Part shown: positions 18,432 to 28,786 of the stretch, in pieces
How the letters are laid out: each line of letters starts with the position of its first letter
How positions within the stretch are numbered: the first letter of the stretch is position 1
The notes under the pieces: generated by a model
Told to the model about the DNA's origin: nothing
Database searches by the model: none
Seen by the model: only the letters and a program-made list of their open reading frames with translations
Assembly: GCA_963758295.1 (NCBI GenBank)
Contig: CAVWUU010000001.1
Span: 32,001-96,000, forward strand
Length of the DNA stretch: 64,000 nucleotides
Direction: 5' to 3'
Origin: Candidatus Eremiobacteria bacterium
Lineage (GTDB): Bacteria; Vulcanimicrobiota; Vulcanimicrobiia; Vulcanimicrobiales; Vulcanimicrobiaceae
Made by a program: the position numbers and the translations under genes

Positions 18432-21268
18432 TTATTTCTTTTTGCGCGTGGTCGTCGTCGACTTCTTGCGAGTCGAAGTCTTTTTCACGGCCGGTGCGGC
18501 CGCGGACTTCGGCTCTTTCTTAGCGCGCGTCGTGCGCTTTGGCTTCTCCGCGACCGGTTTGGCGGCGGCTGTGGCGGTTGCGGTTTTCTTGGCGCGGGTC
18601 GTGCGCTTCGGTTTTACTTCCGCAGCGGCAGCCGCGGCCGGTTCGGCCTTCTTGCGGCCACGCTTTGGCTTCTGGGGCGCCGATTCGGTGGTGCCGCCGG
18701 AAAGTGCCGGGATGCGCTTTGCAGGCAGTTCTCCGCCCACGGCCGCTGCCGCCGTACGACGGCGACGAGCCGGTTTGGTGGGACGTGGCTCTTCCTCGCG
18801 CACGGTGAGGTGCGGCGGCGGAGCCTCGATGGCCGGCGGATGCGTGCGACGGGCCGGCGCAATGGCTCGCGACGGTTCCGGCGGTGCGGTCGTTCCGGTT
18901 GGATGCGCGGCGCCGTCGGCGCCTACGCGAAACACGTGGCGATCGGGAACCGGCGTCTGCGGTAGCGATCCCGTAAGGGGCTCGACCGGAGCGCCCGCGG
19001 GTGCCGCCGGTTGGCCGTTGGGAGCAAAGCCTTGTCCCGCACCACTGCGTCCGCGGCGACGGCGACGGCGGCGGCGGCGGCGATGACCATCGCCCTGTTG
19101 CTGCTCGTCGGGGCCGGCGAAGCGTTGTTCACCCTGAGCTTGCGGCTGTTGCGCGCCGCTCTCGAGCTCTTCGTCCTCGTCTTCATCCTCGTCGAACTCG
19201 GCGCTCTGCGCGGCGGCGCTCTGCGGCGGAATGCCGACCTGCGCTGCGGCTTCGAAGCCGTTGCCGCGGCCACGACCGCGTCCGCGACGCCGGCGGCGGC
19301 GTTTGCGGCCTTCGCGCGCTTCGTTTTCACCGATGATGATCGCGTCTTCTTGTTGCTCGCCTTTGACCTCGGCAACGAGCGGCGCGGTCTTCGGCTTCTT
19401 CTTCCTCGGTGACCGTCGTAATGCCGATCGGGGGACGCGCCTGGTGTTGAGACGCTGCCTCTTCGGCCAGTTCGCGAAGCTGCTGCGCTTCTTCGGTCGG
19501 CGAAAGTGCGCCCTTGTGCTTACCGCCGCGACGACGCTTCTTCTTCGCCGCCGCTACGCCGGCCGACACGAGTTCGGCAAGCACATAATCTTCGTTATCG
19601 TCGACGTCGAGAATGCGAATGCGCGCCGAGTTGCCCGCGTTGTTCGCGGCATTTTCAACTTCAACGAGATGTCCGCTAACGACCGCTGCGGCCGACGTCG
19701 GATTCGGAAGTCGGTCCCGACAGCAGCTCGACTTCGTGCTCGTCGCCGACACGAATGACGTGCGCCGAGTCGCTTGCGAAGCTCGAGAGCGGCTCGATGC
19801 GGCTGCGTTCGGGATGCAGCATCGGATCGACGCGAACGTGGATTTCGGTGCCGAGACGCTTCGAAAGCGCCACGCACTCGTCGTCGTACCAAAATTCCAT
19901 CTGCGCGCCGACCGACGGCGCGACTTTTACGACGACCGGTTCGTGACCCGATGACGACGCCGTTGCGCGAGAACTCGTCGCGTACGTTGCGGAACGTTTC
20001 GAATGGCGACGGATTGCGAAGACATGACCGTTCCCATGCCGTTGCACGTCGGACACGACCCGCGCAGTTGCGCACCCAGATCTTTGCCGATGCGCTTGCG
20101 CGTAAATTCAAGCAATCCCAAATTCGAAAACGATTGGATCGTCGCGCGCGTGCGATCGCGGCGCAGCCCGTCTTCCAGCGCTTTGATCACGCTGCTGCGA
20201 GACGATTCCGTCGCCATGTCGATGAAGTCGACGACGATGATGCCGCCGATGTCGCGCAAGCGGACCTGTCGCGCGATTTCGCCCGCAGCTTCGAGATTCG
20301 TTTTGAGAATCGTATCTTCGAGATTGCGGCCGCCGGTGAATTTTCCGGAGTTCACGTCGATGACGGTCAAGGCTTCGGTGGATTCGATGACGATGGAGCC
20401 GCCGGAAGGCAGATTTACTTTCGGCTTCATCAATTTCTGCAACTCTTCGGTGATCTTGTAATCGTCGAAGAGATTGCGGCCGGAATTGTAATGCTCGACG
20501 CGGTCGAGATATTGCGGGCCGAGCAACTGCAAAAACTCGCGGACCTTGCGGTACTCTTCTTCGTTGTCGATCGAGCACGCTTATCGACGTCTGCGGTAAC
20601 GAAATCGCGCGCCGCCTTGTACACGAGGTTCATGTCGCGATGCAGCAGCGACGGCGACGGCGCGCGCTTGAACGTTTCCAGAATGCCGTGCCACATGCGA
20701 ATCAGCACGCCAAGGTCGGCGATCAGTTCCGCTTCGCTCACGCCGGCCGCAGCCGTGCGAACGACCGTCGCCATGCCTTCCGGACGAATGCGCTTCATGA
20801 TCGCCTTGAGGCGATTGCGCTCATCGGCGGACTCGATCTTGCGCGAGACGCCGGAGTACTTGCCCGTCGGCATCAGAATCAAGATAGCGGCCGGGCAGCG
20901 AAATGTTGGTCGAAATCCGCGCGCCTTTGAGGCCGCGCGGCTCTTTGACGATCTGCACGAGAACGTCGTCGCCCTTTTTGACCTTCTCGCTGATCGTGAA
21001 GCCGGAATGCCCGTGCGTGACTTCGACGTCGCCGATGTTCAGCGGCTGCTTGTTGATATCGTCGACGTACAAGAAACGCGTTTCGTCCCAACCCGATGTC
21101 GACGAACGCCGCACCCATCCCGGGCAGAACGTTCTGTACTTTTCCTTTGTAGATCGAGCCGATGACTTTCTCTTCGCGCTCGATGTAGAGTTCGGCAAGC
21201 TCGCCGTTCTCCATGATGGCGACCCGGTTTTCCCATGGGTCGCTCGAGATTAAAATCTCGCTCGACAA
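18432..21268 (-). CDS. rne: Ribonuclease E/G family with TRAM-like domain and long disordered C-terminus; at least 7 apparent frameshifts
   Basis: IYKGKVQNVLPGMGAAFVDIG, VQIVKEPRGLKGARIST, TEALTVIDVNSGKF, RLRDIGGIIVVDFIDM and CPTCNG are spread over successive frames. Arg-rich, acidic and Lys-Ala tail. Confidence 0.88.
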
Positions 21269-21545
21269 ATTTTCCTCAAACCTCTAAAGGGGCGCCTTAT
21301 AGCAGACACCGGCCTTTAACTTTCGCGGCGACGACCCAGCGGTGATCCGGGATCGCTGCAGCCGCTAAAAAAATCCAAACTCCGTAGCCGGTGGATCTCG
21401 CAAGCTGCGAAACCGCCTCCCCGACGCTCCCGACCTTCACGGCGCATGGCAACCGGACCTTTAACGCAAACCAGGCAGAAGGTCTCTCGACAGATAGGCG
21501 TCGGAGCCTCAAAATTTAAACGAAGCAACCAAGGAGGGCTCCCGG

Positions 21546-22352
21546 ATGGCTGGTCCGGCGCCGGCGACCAATCGCCGGCTGTATTTTCGACAACCGATGT
21601 ACCTGCGGATTAATTTGCGGGTTGCCGGCGCACGCGTTGCCATTCCCGCCACCCTCGTGGATATCTCCGGCGGCGGCGCCCAGATCCATGCGCGAACGTT
21701 GCTCAAACCGCAAGCGTGGGTGGAATTCGAGCTGGCGCGCCCGGACGGCACGCCGCTTCAGCTTAAGGGGAGCATCCGAAAGGTCACTTACACCCCCGCA
21801 GACCGGACGTTCCGATATGCGGTGCATTTCGAATCGCTGGAGCCGGGTGTCCGCGAAACGCTGCTTCGCTTCGTCCTGGAAGAACAGCGCCGCGGGATCT
21901 CCGGTTCCAAAGCCGCGCTTGAGCTCTCGCCGTTGAAGAAAGCCTCAACGCGCCTTCGCGAGCTGCGCAAAGCGCACAGGGTCGAGGTCAACGTGCCGGT
22001 TCGGTACTCCATCGGCGATTCACCGAACGCCCAAGATGCGACGGCCATCGACGTGGGCACAGGCGGAATGCGGCTGATTCTCGATCAGGTCTTGCGCCAA
22101 GAGTGGCACGTTACGATTCGCTTCACCTTGCCGAACGACACCTTGAAAGCGCTCGCCCAATCACGCGGTGCGAGCGGCTCGGCGATGCGCCCGTTCTGCG
22201 AAGTCAAGTTCCTTGCGCGCCCTTTGCCCGGCGTAAAACAGTTGCGCGGACGGTTCGTGCAAAGCTTGGCATTCGTCAATCCCGATGCACGATACGCGGC
22301 CGAGATCGAGCGCTTCGTTCAAGCCACCCGGCTCACGTCACTCGCGCCTTAA
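21546..22352 (+). CDS. Tandem PilZ-domain protein (c-di-GMP receptor)
   Basis: Two RxxxR plus D/NxS/GxxG pairs: RRLYFR...DISGGG and RKAHR...DVGTGG. GGAGG RBS. Confidence 0.8.
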   Translation: MAGPAPATNRRLYFRQPMYLRINLRVAGARVAIPATLVDISGGGAQIHARTLLKPQAWVEFELARPDGTPLQLKGSIRKVTYTPADRTFRYAVHFESLEPGVRETLLRFVLEEQRRGISGSKAALELSPLKKASTRLRELRKAHRVEVNVPVRYSIGDSPNAQDATAIDVGTGGMRLILDQVLRQEWHVTIRFTLPNDTLKALAQSRGASGSAMRPFCEVKFLARPLPGVKQLRGRFVQSLAFVNPDARYAAEIERFVQATRLTSLAP

Positions 22353-22675
22353 TACGCGGCCGGCGCATAGACGTTGAACGTCAGCGCCTGTTGCGTTGAT
22401 TCATTGCGAAAACGATGCGGAACGTTGGGCGGGACGACGACGCAGTCGCCGGCGTTCATTACGAATTTTCGGTCGCCGATTTCCGCCGTCACCTCGCCTT
22501 CAACAACGTAAAGCACTTGCTCGCTTTGAGCGTGTTCGTTGCCCATCGGACCGCTAGCGGCGCCGGGCTCGAGCAGCATCGTGGCCGTTTGCAATTCGCT
22601 TCCCGTCTGCAAAACGGAGAACCACTCGGAGGAGTCGCGCACGTTGCGCGCTTCGATTTCGTCCTTACTCTGCAT
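22349..22675 (-). CDS. Cupin domain protein
   Basis: EH.QSEQVLYVVEG and GDCVVVPPNVPHRF cupin motifs. Confidence 0.88.
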   Translation of the reverse strand: MQSKDEIEARNVRDSSEWFSVLQTGSELQTATMLLEPGAASGPMGNEHAQSEQVLYVVEGEVTAEIGDRKFVMNAGDCVVVPPNVPHRFRNESTQQALTFNVYAPAAY

Positions 22676-23735
22676 GCATGAAGCTCTTCCCGTTTCGGGC
22701 GGCTTCCATCACGGACTCGAACGGCCAAGGATAAGCCCAGCGAGCACGCTTGTAGAGTTCGACGTTTTTACGGCGGCCGCCGATATCGACTTTGGCACGA
22801 ACGAGCGCCGGCATCGCGAGCAACGGCTCGACGTCGGGAACGTCGAACTGCCAAAGGCCGTCGAGCTCTAGCTGCTCGAGCTTCTGCAGCCGCACGATCG
22901 GCGCCGGCGACGCAACGGTTAAATGTTCGAGCGATAAAGCCCGCAACGAACGAGGAAGCAGCGTTAAATTGGGCGCGACGCCTGTGTGCGCAAGACGCAG
23001 GGCCAATAAGTCCGGGGCACCGCCCAGGGCGACGGAACGAGCATGACTGCAATCCAAAGCTTGAAGCGTCTGCGGCAAGATCGCCGCGTCAACGTGAATA
23101 TTTCGCGCAGCTATACGAAGAGAACGCACGTTGGGAAATCGCTTCAGTATTGGGACGAGGTCCATCGGCGCCTCAAGCGACAACTGCAAAACCGAAGGCA
23201 ACGGCTCGCCGGCATACGATGCAGAGATTGCCACGCACCGCACCGGCAGGTCTCGTAAGGACGAGAGCTGCGCTACGGCTTCACCGGCAACACGTACGGC
23301 GAGGCTTTCCTGAGTCCGGACGTGTTCGCGAACGCGCTGCAACGTCGAACGGTCGAGTGGCACGTCCCACGAAAGCGTGGACCCGGCCACGTTGTCACCA
23401 TTGCGAATGGACAATACGCGAACCGGTTCTTGCGCGAACGGCAGCCGTTGCAAGCGCGCAGCAACGAGCCGTTCCGCGAGTGAAGCAGGGATCCAGTCAT
23501 GATTCTCTGGGGCGATATCCGGGACGGCGCGCCCTTGCTGCCGCTGCTTCCAGCGGTGGAAGACCAGGGCGCGATCGCTGACGCGCAACGCAGCAACGGG
23601 AGTCGAAGCATCTGCGTCTTCGAACGCGGCAATGTCTACGACGTGATGGCGCACACGTACCAAACAAATCGGCGCAACGGATCGATCTCCGAGCGGCAAA
23701 TCGAACCACTCGCCTTCGCGATACGGCAATTTCAC
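22665..23735 (-). CDS. Hypothetical protein: Imm26-like N-terminus plus leucine-rich repeats
   Basis: N-terminal KLPYREGEWFDLPL and repeated LxxLxL units (LQALDC, LLALRL, LRALSL, LEQLEL). GTG start at 23735 is inferred. Confidence 0.5.
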   Translation of the reverse strand: MKLPYREGEWFDLPLGDRSVAPICLVRVRHHVVDIAAFEDADASTPVAALRVSDRALVFHRWKQRQQGRAVPDIAPENHDWIPASLAERLVAARLQRLPFAQEPVRVLSIRNGDNVAGSTLSWDVPLDRSTLQRVREHVRTQESLAVRVAGEAVAQLSSLRDLPVRCVAISASYAGEPLPSVLQLSLEAPMDLVPILKRFPNVRSLRIAARNIHVDAAILPQTLQALDCSHARSVALGGAPDLLALRLAHTGVAPNLTLLPRSLRALSLEHLTVASPAPIVRLQKLEQLELDGLWQFDVPDVEPLLAMPALVRAKVDIGGRRKNVELYKRARWAYPWPFESVMEAARNGKSFMHAE

Positions 23736-23778
23736 GGCGTCAAGTGATTGCGGCCATGCCGCGGCGAACCCTGGGGAG

Positions 23779-24381
23779 GTGGGCACGCAGCGCAGCGCAG
23801 GCCGCCGGTTCGATCACGATTACGGCGTCACCACGCAGGCCATTCTGTTTTTGACCGATCTGGATCCCGACGCAGTGGGCGACGCCGGATCGCATGCAAC
23901 CCATTACGAGCCCGTGCCCGTCGGCGATTTCCGCTCGCTCATTTCGCTTGTGCCAAAAGACGTGATCGCGCACTCCACATTCGTCGACGTAGGCGCCGGA
24001 ATGGGGCGCGCGGTGCTCTTGGCATGCGAGTACTCCTTCGCGCGGGTTACCGGCATCGAAGTTTCGCCGGGTCTCTTCGAGGTCGCTCGGGAGAACATTG
24101 CGCGCGCCTCCCGCCGTCGCCGCCGATGCAACGATTTGCGGATCGTGCGCGCCGATGGGCGGATCTGGAATTATCCGCCGGGCGATCTGGTCGTCTTTAT
24201 GTATAACCCGTTCGATTCCGAAGCCATGCGCGCGACGCTCGGCGCGGTTGCGCACCGGCGCAGCCCCGGGGCCACATGGCTGCTGTACCACACGCCGGTT
24301 GAGCGTAAAATAATCGATGATGATCCACATTGGGTCGAAATCGGTGCGACGGCGGCAGGGATCGTCTATCGGCACGACTAG
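23779..24381 (+). CDS. Class I SAM-dependent methyltransferase
   Basis: FVDVGAGMGR, GIEVSP and FMYNPF motifs. Confidence 0.85.
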   Translation: MGTQRSAGRRFDHDYGVTTQAILFLTDLDPDAVGDAGSHATHYEPVPVGDFRSLISLVPKDVIAHSTFVDVGAGMGRAVLLACEYSFARVTGIEVSPGLFEVARENIARASRRRRRCNDLRIVRADGRIWNYPPGDLVVFMYNPFDSEAMRATLGAVAHRRSPGATWLLYHTPVERKIIDDDPHWVEIGATAAGIVYRHD

Positions 24382-27065
24382 CGGGCGCACGCTTCCTACC
24401 GGAACCGTCACGTTCTTGTTTTCGGACATCGAAGGCAGCACCGCGCGGTGGGAGGCGAATCACGAGGCGATGCAACGGGCGTTGCGCCGTCACGATGAAA
24501 TCGTGCACGACATCGTCCGCCGCTCCAACGGTTACGTCTTTAAAACCGTCGGTGACGAGTTTTGCACCGCGTTCCAACATGCGGCCGATGCGGTGGCGGC
24601 CGCTCTCGCGATTCAGCAACAACTGGCGGCGGAAGATTTCGACGACGTAAGCGGCTTGCGCGTTCGCATTGCGTTGCACCGCGGAAAGACCGATGAGCGC
24701 GGCGGCGATTACTACGGGCCGCCCGTTAATCGCGTTGCGCGGCTACTCGCCACCGGGCACGGCGGTCAAATACTGCTTTCCGGTGCGGTTGAGGACGCCG
24801 TGTCCCGTGCGCTTCCCGCACAAGCGCATCTGATCGACCTTGGCTGGCACCGTCTCAAAGATTTAGAAGAGCCGGAGCACGTTTTTCAGCTTGGCACGCC
24901 GGAGCTAGAAGAATCGTTCGCCCCGCTCAAATCACTGAATACCGGCGCGCATAATCTGCCGCAGCAGACGACGACGTTCGTGGGACGCGAGACCGACGTA
25001 GCGGAGCTCGAAGGACTGTTAGGGCAAGTGCCGCTTGTGTCGGTCGTAGGCGCCGGCGGCGTTGGAAAAACCAGGCTCGCCTTGCAAGTTGCCGCGGACG
25101 TGTTGCACGATTTTCGCGACGGCGTTTGGTTCGTCGATCTGGCGCCGATCTCGGATCCCGATCTCGTGGAAAGCACTATCCTTACGAGCCTCGGCGTCGG
25201 ACAGAGCGGCAATCGTTCGGCGCGCGACGCGCTCGTGCAGCACGTTGCTTCCCGTCATCTCTTGATCGTTCTCGACAATTGCGAGCATCTGATCCACGCC
25301 GTTGCCGCCGTGGTCGCAGCGGTGCTCGCGGCATCACATTCGCTCCGATTGCTGGCGACAACGCGCGAACCGCTGAATATCTCGGGAGAAACGGTCTACC
25401 GTCTGCAAACCCTCGGCCTCGCGGAAGCGACGCAGTTGTTCGTCGATCGCGCGCGTTCTGCAGCGGCCGACTTTACCGTATCGGAAAGCACGATCCCGGT
25501 CATCGAGGAAATCTGCCGGCGTGTCGACGGGCTTGCGTTAGCGATCGAACTGGCCGCAACGCGCGTACGCGCCCTCTCGCTTCAGGAGATCGATAAACGG
25601 CTGGATGCCCGCTTTAGAATCCTGCGCGGCGGAGACCGAACGGCCTTGCCAAGGCAGCAAACGTTGCACGCTCTCATCGACTGGAGCCACGAACTCCTCA
25701 ACGACGTCGAAAAAATTCTCTTCCGGCGCCTCGCCGTGTTCTCCGGAAGTTTCACGCTCACCGCCGTGACGGAAGTTTGCACGAACGACGATCTCGATGA
25801 ATACGACACTACCGACGTGTTGCTTGCGCTCGTTGAAAAGTCGCTCGTGGTCGTGGATGCATCGAATGCGCGAACAAGATACCGGCTACTGCAGTCGATT
25901 CAAGATTACGCTCACGAACGAATCGACGAGGCGCGGGAATGCGACGCGGTCTCCCGATGTCACGCTATGTACTTCGCCGGCTTCACGGAAGATGCATACG
26001 AAGAGTGGGATACGAATCCGGCCCCCGATTGGCTTGCCCGCACCGGTGCCGAGCTCGATAATATTCGCGGCGCGCTCTCGTGGGCCATTACCGAGAACCA
26101 CGATCGCCCTACCGGCGAGCGGATCGTTGCAAGTGCCTTGCCGATCTTTTTACGTCTTGCATTGCTCGATGAAGCGATCCAATGGGCGCAACGGGCCCTT
26201 TCAAGCAGTGCCGCGATTCCGCTTAACGTCGAGGGCCGTTTACAGCTCGCGCTCTCGATGCTCTACAATAACGAGCTCGACGAAACACAGGCGTTGGCAG
26301 CGGCGGAACGAGCCGCATTGTTACTCTCGCAAACTCCGGACGTCAGTCAAACCGTCCGCGCATACGGGCAGCTCGCGCAAGCCTATGCGAGGCAACAACG
26401 CTGGGAAGATGCGCAACATTATGGATCGGATGCCCTATTCCGCGCAAGGTCGCTGGGAGACCCTGAGACTTCTTGCGATCACGCTGCAACGCGCAGCAAT
26501 AACCTACCGGCCAGACGAAATCTCCGACGCGCGGACACACTTTGCCGAGGCAGTAGCGCTTTTCGAATCCATCGGTAGAAACGACGATACGGGAAAATGC
26601 CTTATGTGGTGGGCCGCAGCCGAAGCCGAAGTACGGAATATGGAACGCGCAATGCAGCTCCTGCAGCGCGCGCTTCCTTTAGTAAGCGGAGACGTGCGTC
26701 TTTTTGCGCTGCTGAATATTGGTGAATACGCCCTGCTTCAAAACGAATATCCGGCAGCTCTTGCGTGGGCGAAGGATGCGTTCAAACTCGCTATGGAACA
26801 CCGGCACACCGGAGCAGAAGCGCTCGCTGCTGCCTTTGCTGCGGCGGCAACCGGCGACGAGACGCTAAAGGCCGTTAGGCTGTACAGCTTTGCGCGCACG
26901 CATTTTCCTGGAAATCAATGGCCGCCGCCGCAATACGGAAGCGCGCCGTTCGAGCGCCTCGAACAATCAATAGCATTGCTGCCTTCTGACGAAAGGGCCG
27001 CAGCGGAGCAGGAGGGACGCGGCTGGAGCGCCGACCGCGCTTTCGCCGAAGTTCTAGACGGCTAA
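24317..27065 (+). CDS. Class III nucleotide cyclase + STAND-type ATPase + TPR-like region; one apparent frameshift at ~26466
   Basis: FLFSDIEGST and KTVGDEF cyclase motifs, GAGGVGKT, VLDNCEH and DGLALAIELAA. The C-terminus continues in the 25797..27065 frame. The start is uncertain. Confidence 0.85.
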
Positions 27066-27565
27066 CACGGCAGAATCCCGTGACCGCCTTCCGGTCGCCG
27101 TCGATGCAACGCGCCCGGAATCGAGGGGTCGCTGCATTGCTGCGTCATCGTAAAGCTGCCGGTTTCTCCGGAGCAGCCGCTATACGACGTGTAGGCCCCG
27201 TTGAAATCTCCAGTGCTGTTGTCATACGTTCCGTTGACTTTGAAGCCGCAGGTATTTGCGTTCGACGGCACGGTGGCGATGGCGCTCCCCGTAATGTTTC
27301 CGCTGAGATCGATCGTGATCGCAAGCGAATTCGAAATCGTCGTTGCGCCGAACGTTTCGGTGAGCGTTCCGCCGATCGAGGAAGCGGTCTGCGAGAGCGT
27401 GACGGCCGCACTGCCGCTGCCGAAAACGGAATCCGTTGCGGTTCCGGTATATTCGCCGGCGATCTGCGAAACGGTAGGCGGATTACTCGGCGGGTTGCTG
27501 TTGCCGTTACACGCGGATAGCGTAAGTACGAGAACGAGCAACGCGGCAAGGGACGGGACGCGCAT
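27062..27565 (-). CDS. Hypothetical lipoprotein
   Basis: Lipobox LSAC, Thr/Gly/Ser-rich beta-type sequence, AAGGAG RBS. Confidence 0.7.
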   Translation of the reverse strand: MRVPSLAALLVLVLTLSACNGNSNPPSNPPTVSQIAGEYTGTATDSVFGSGSAAVTLSQTASSIGGTLTETFGATTISNSLAITIDLSGNITGSAIATVPSNANTCGFKVNGTYDNSTGDFNGAYTSYSGCSGETGSFTMTQQCSDPSIPGALHRRRPEGGHGILPC

Positions 27566-27652
27566 GGTGTAGCTCCTTGTTTCTACGACGAACGCGTTTG
27601 CGTGCGCGGCAGCGTGCCTCCTTGAGACCTAAGGCCTTACTTGCTACGCGGG

Positions 27653-28786
27653 TTAGGCGTTTCCGAGAACGTCGCGATCTTTTTGCGAGTAAATATTGAG
27701 CAGCACGCCGACTGCCGCGAAATTGGTCAGGATCGCCGACCCGCCATAAGACATGAAGGGCAAGGGAATGCCCGTGATCGGCATGATCCCGATCGTCATG
27801 CCGACGTTTACCATCACATGGAAAAAGAACATCGCGACGATGCCGGCGGCCAGCAAGAAGCCGAAGCGATCGCGCGCCGCAATCATCGTTCGCACGCCGC
27901 CATAGAGAACCAACCCGTACAACGCGATGAGCATCACGGCCCCGAGAAAGCCAAGCTCTTCGGCGAGCACCGTGAAGATGAAATCGCGGGAATGCTCCGG
28001 CACGAAGTTGAGCTGGGTCTGCGTTCCATGATGCAAGCCGCGCCCGAGCCAACCGCCGTTTCCAACAGCGATTTTCGATTGATTCAAGTTGTAGCCGGCG
28101 CCTTGCGGATCGGCCTTCGGGTTCAAGAACACGAATAATCGCGCTTTTTGGAACGGCTTCAGCACCGCGTTCGTCCCAACGGCTGCAGCGGCTGCGGTCA
28201 CGACGCCCATCAAATAAATCGCGAAATCACCGAGCTTCGGTAAGCCGAAAAACAATTCGGAGCTCAGAATCGCCAGCACGACAAGCGAAGTTCCCAAGTC
28301 CGGCTGCTTCAGGATCAACAGGGCCGGAATGGCGACAGTCACGAGCGGCTTCCACAGATCCTGGATGCGGTCGTAGGTCGATCGGCACAACACCGCCGCG
28401 ATGCAAATCGCGAGAATCAGCTTCGCCGGTTCGGAAGGCTGGAACGTACCGAGCGGTCCAAGGGAAATCCAGCGCTGCGCACCGAGCGCCGAATGCCCTC
28501 CGCGCAAAATGAACAGCAGCAGCAGCAAGTTCACGACGTAGAGTCCCGGAGCCCATCGCTGCCAGTTCTTGTAGTCGATGAAGGAGAAGCCGACCATGAG
28601 GGGCACGCCCAGGAACAGGTAGATGATCTGCTTCTTGTATTCGCCGGCGGCGTCGGTATTGTGCAGATCCGCCGACTGGATGCACACGATTCCGAGCAGC
28701 GTCAACACGACGCAGCCGATGGCCAGCGACCAATTGAAGTTTCGCACGTACCGCCGTGCGCCGATATTGAGAGTCAGGCTAGCCAA
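27653..28786 (-). CDS. rodA: Rod shape-determining protein RodA (SEDS family)
   Basis: GAQRWI, FQPSEPAK, QPDLGT, GYNLNQS.IAVG.GG, PE..DFIF and PITGIPLPFMSYGGS motifs. Confidence 0.93.
   Translation of the reverse strand: MASLTLNIGARRYVRNFNWSLAIGCVVLTLLGIVCIQSADLHNTDAAGEYKKQIIYLFLGVPLMVGFSFIDYKNWQRWAPGLYVVNLLLLLFILRGGHSALGAQRWISLGPLGTFQPSEPAKLILAICIAAVLCRSTYDRIQDLWKPLVTVAIPALLILKQPDLGTSLVVLAILSSELFFGLPKLGDFAIYLMGVVTAAAAAVGTNAVLKPFQKARLFVFLNPKADPQGAGYNLNQSKIAVGNGGWLGRGLHHGTQTQLNFVPEHSRDFIFTVLAEELGFLGAVMLIALYGLVLYGGVRTMIAARDRFGFLLAAGIVAMFFFHVMVNVGMTIGIMPITGIPLPFMSYGGSAILTNFAAVGVLLNIYSQKDRDVLGNA

Noticed and set aside
19054..19085. (CGG/CGA)n trinucleotide run as a tandem repeat or contingency locus
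   Set aside because: It encodes the poly-Arg block of the RNase E tail on the minus strand.
1390..21165. Long antisense or shadow ORFs (e.g. 1390..2412 +, 15345..16307 -, 19774..21165 +)
   Set aside because: They lie opposite well-supported genes and have no motifs, as expected in high-GC DNA.
18432..21268. rne split by frame switches at about 21075, 20882, 20578, 20000, 19960, 19718 and 19383, suggesting a pseudogene or programmed frameshifting
   Set aside because: Most are single extra bases with no slippery sites and no nonsense substitutions, and the catalytic motifs are intact in a normally essential gene. This is best explained by uncorrected long-read indels.
25797..27065. Separate 422-aa ORF overlapping the cyclase-ATPase
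   Set aside because: Only its 3' half is protein-like. It is the continuation of the upstream gene after an extra base near 26466.
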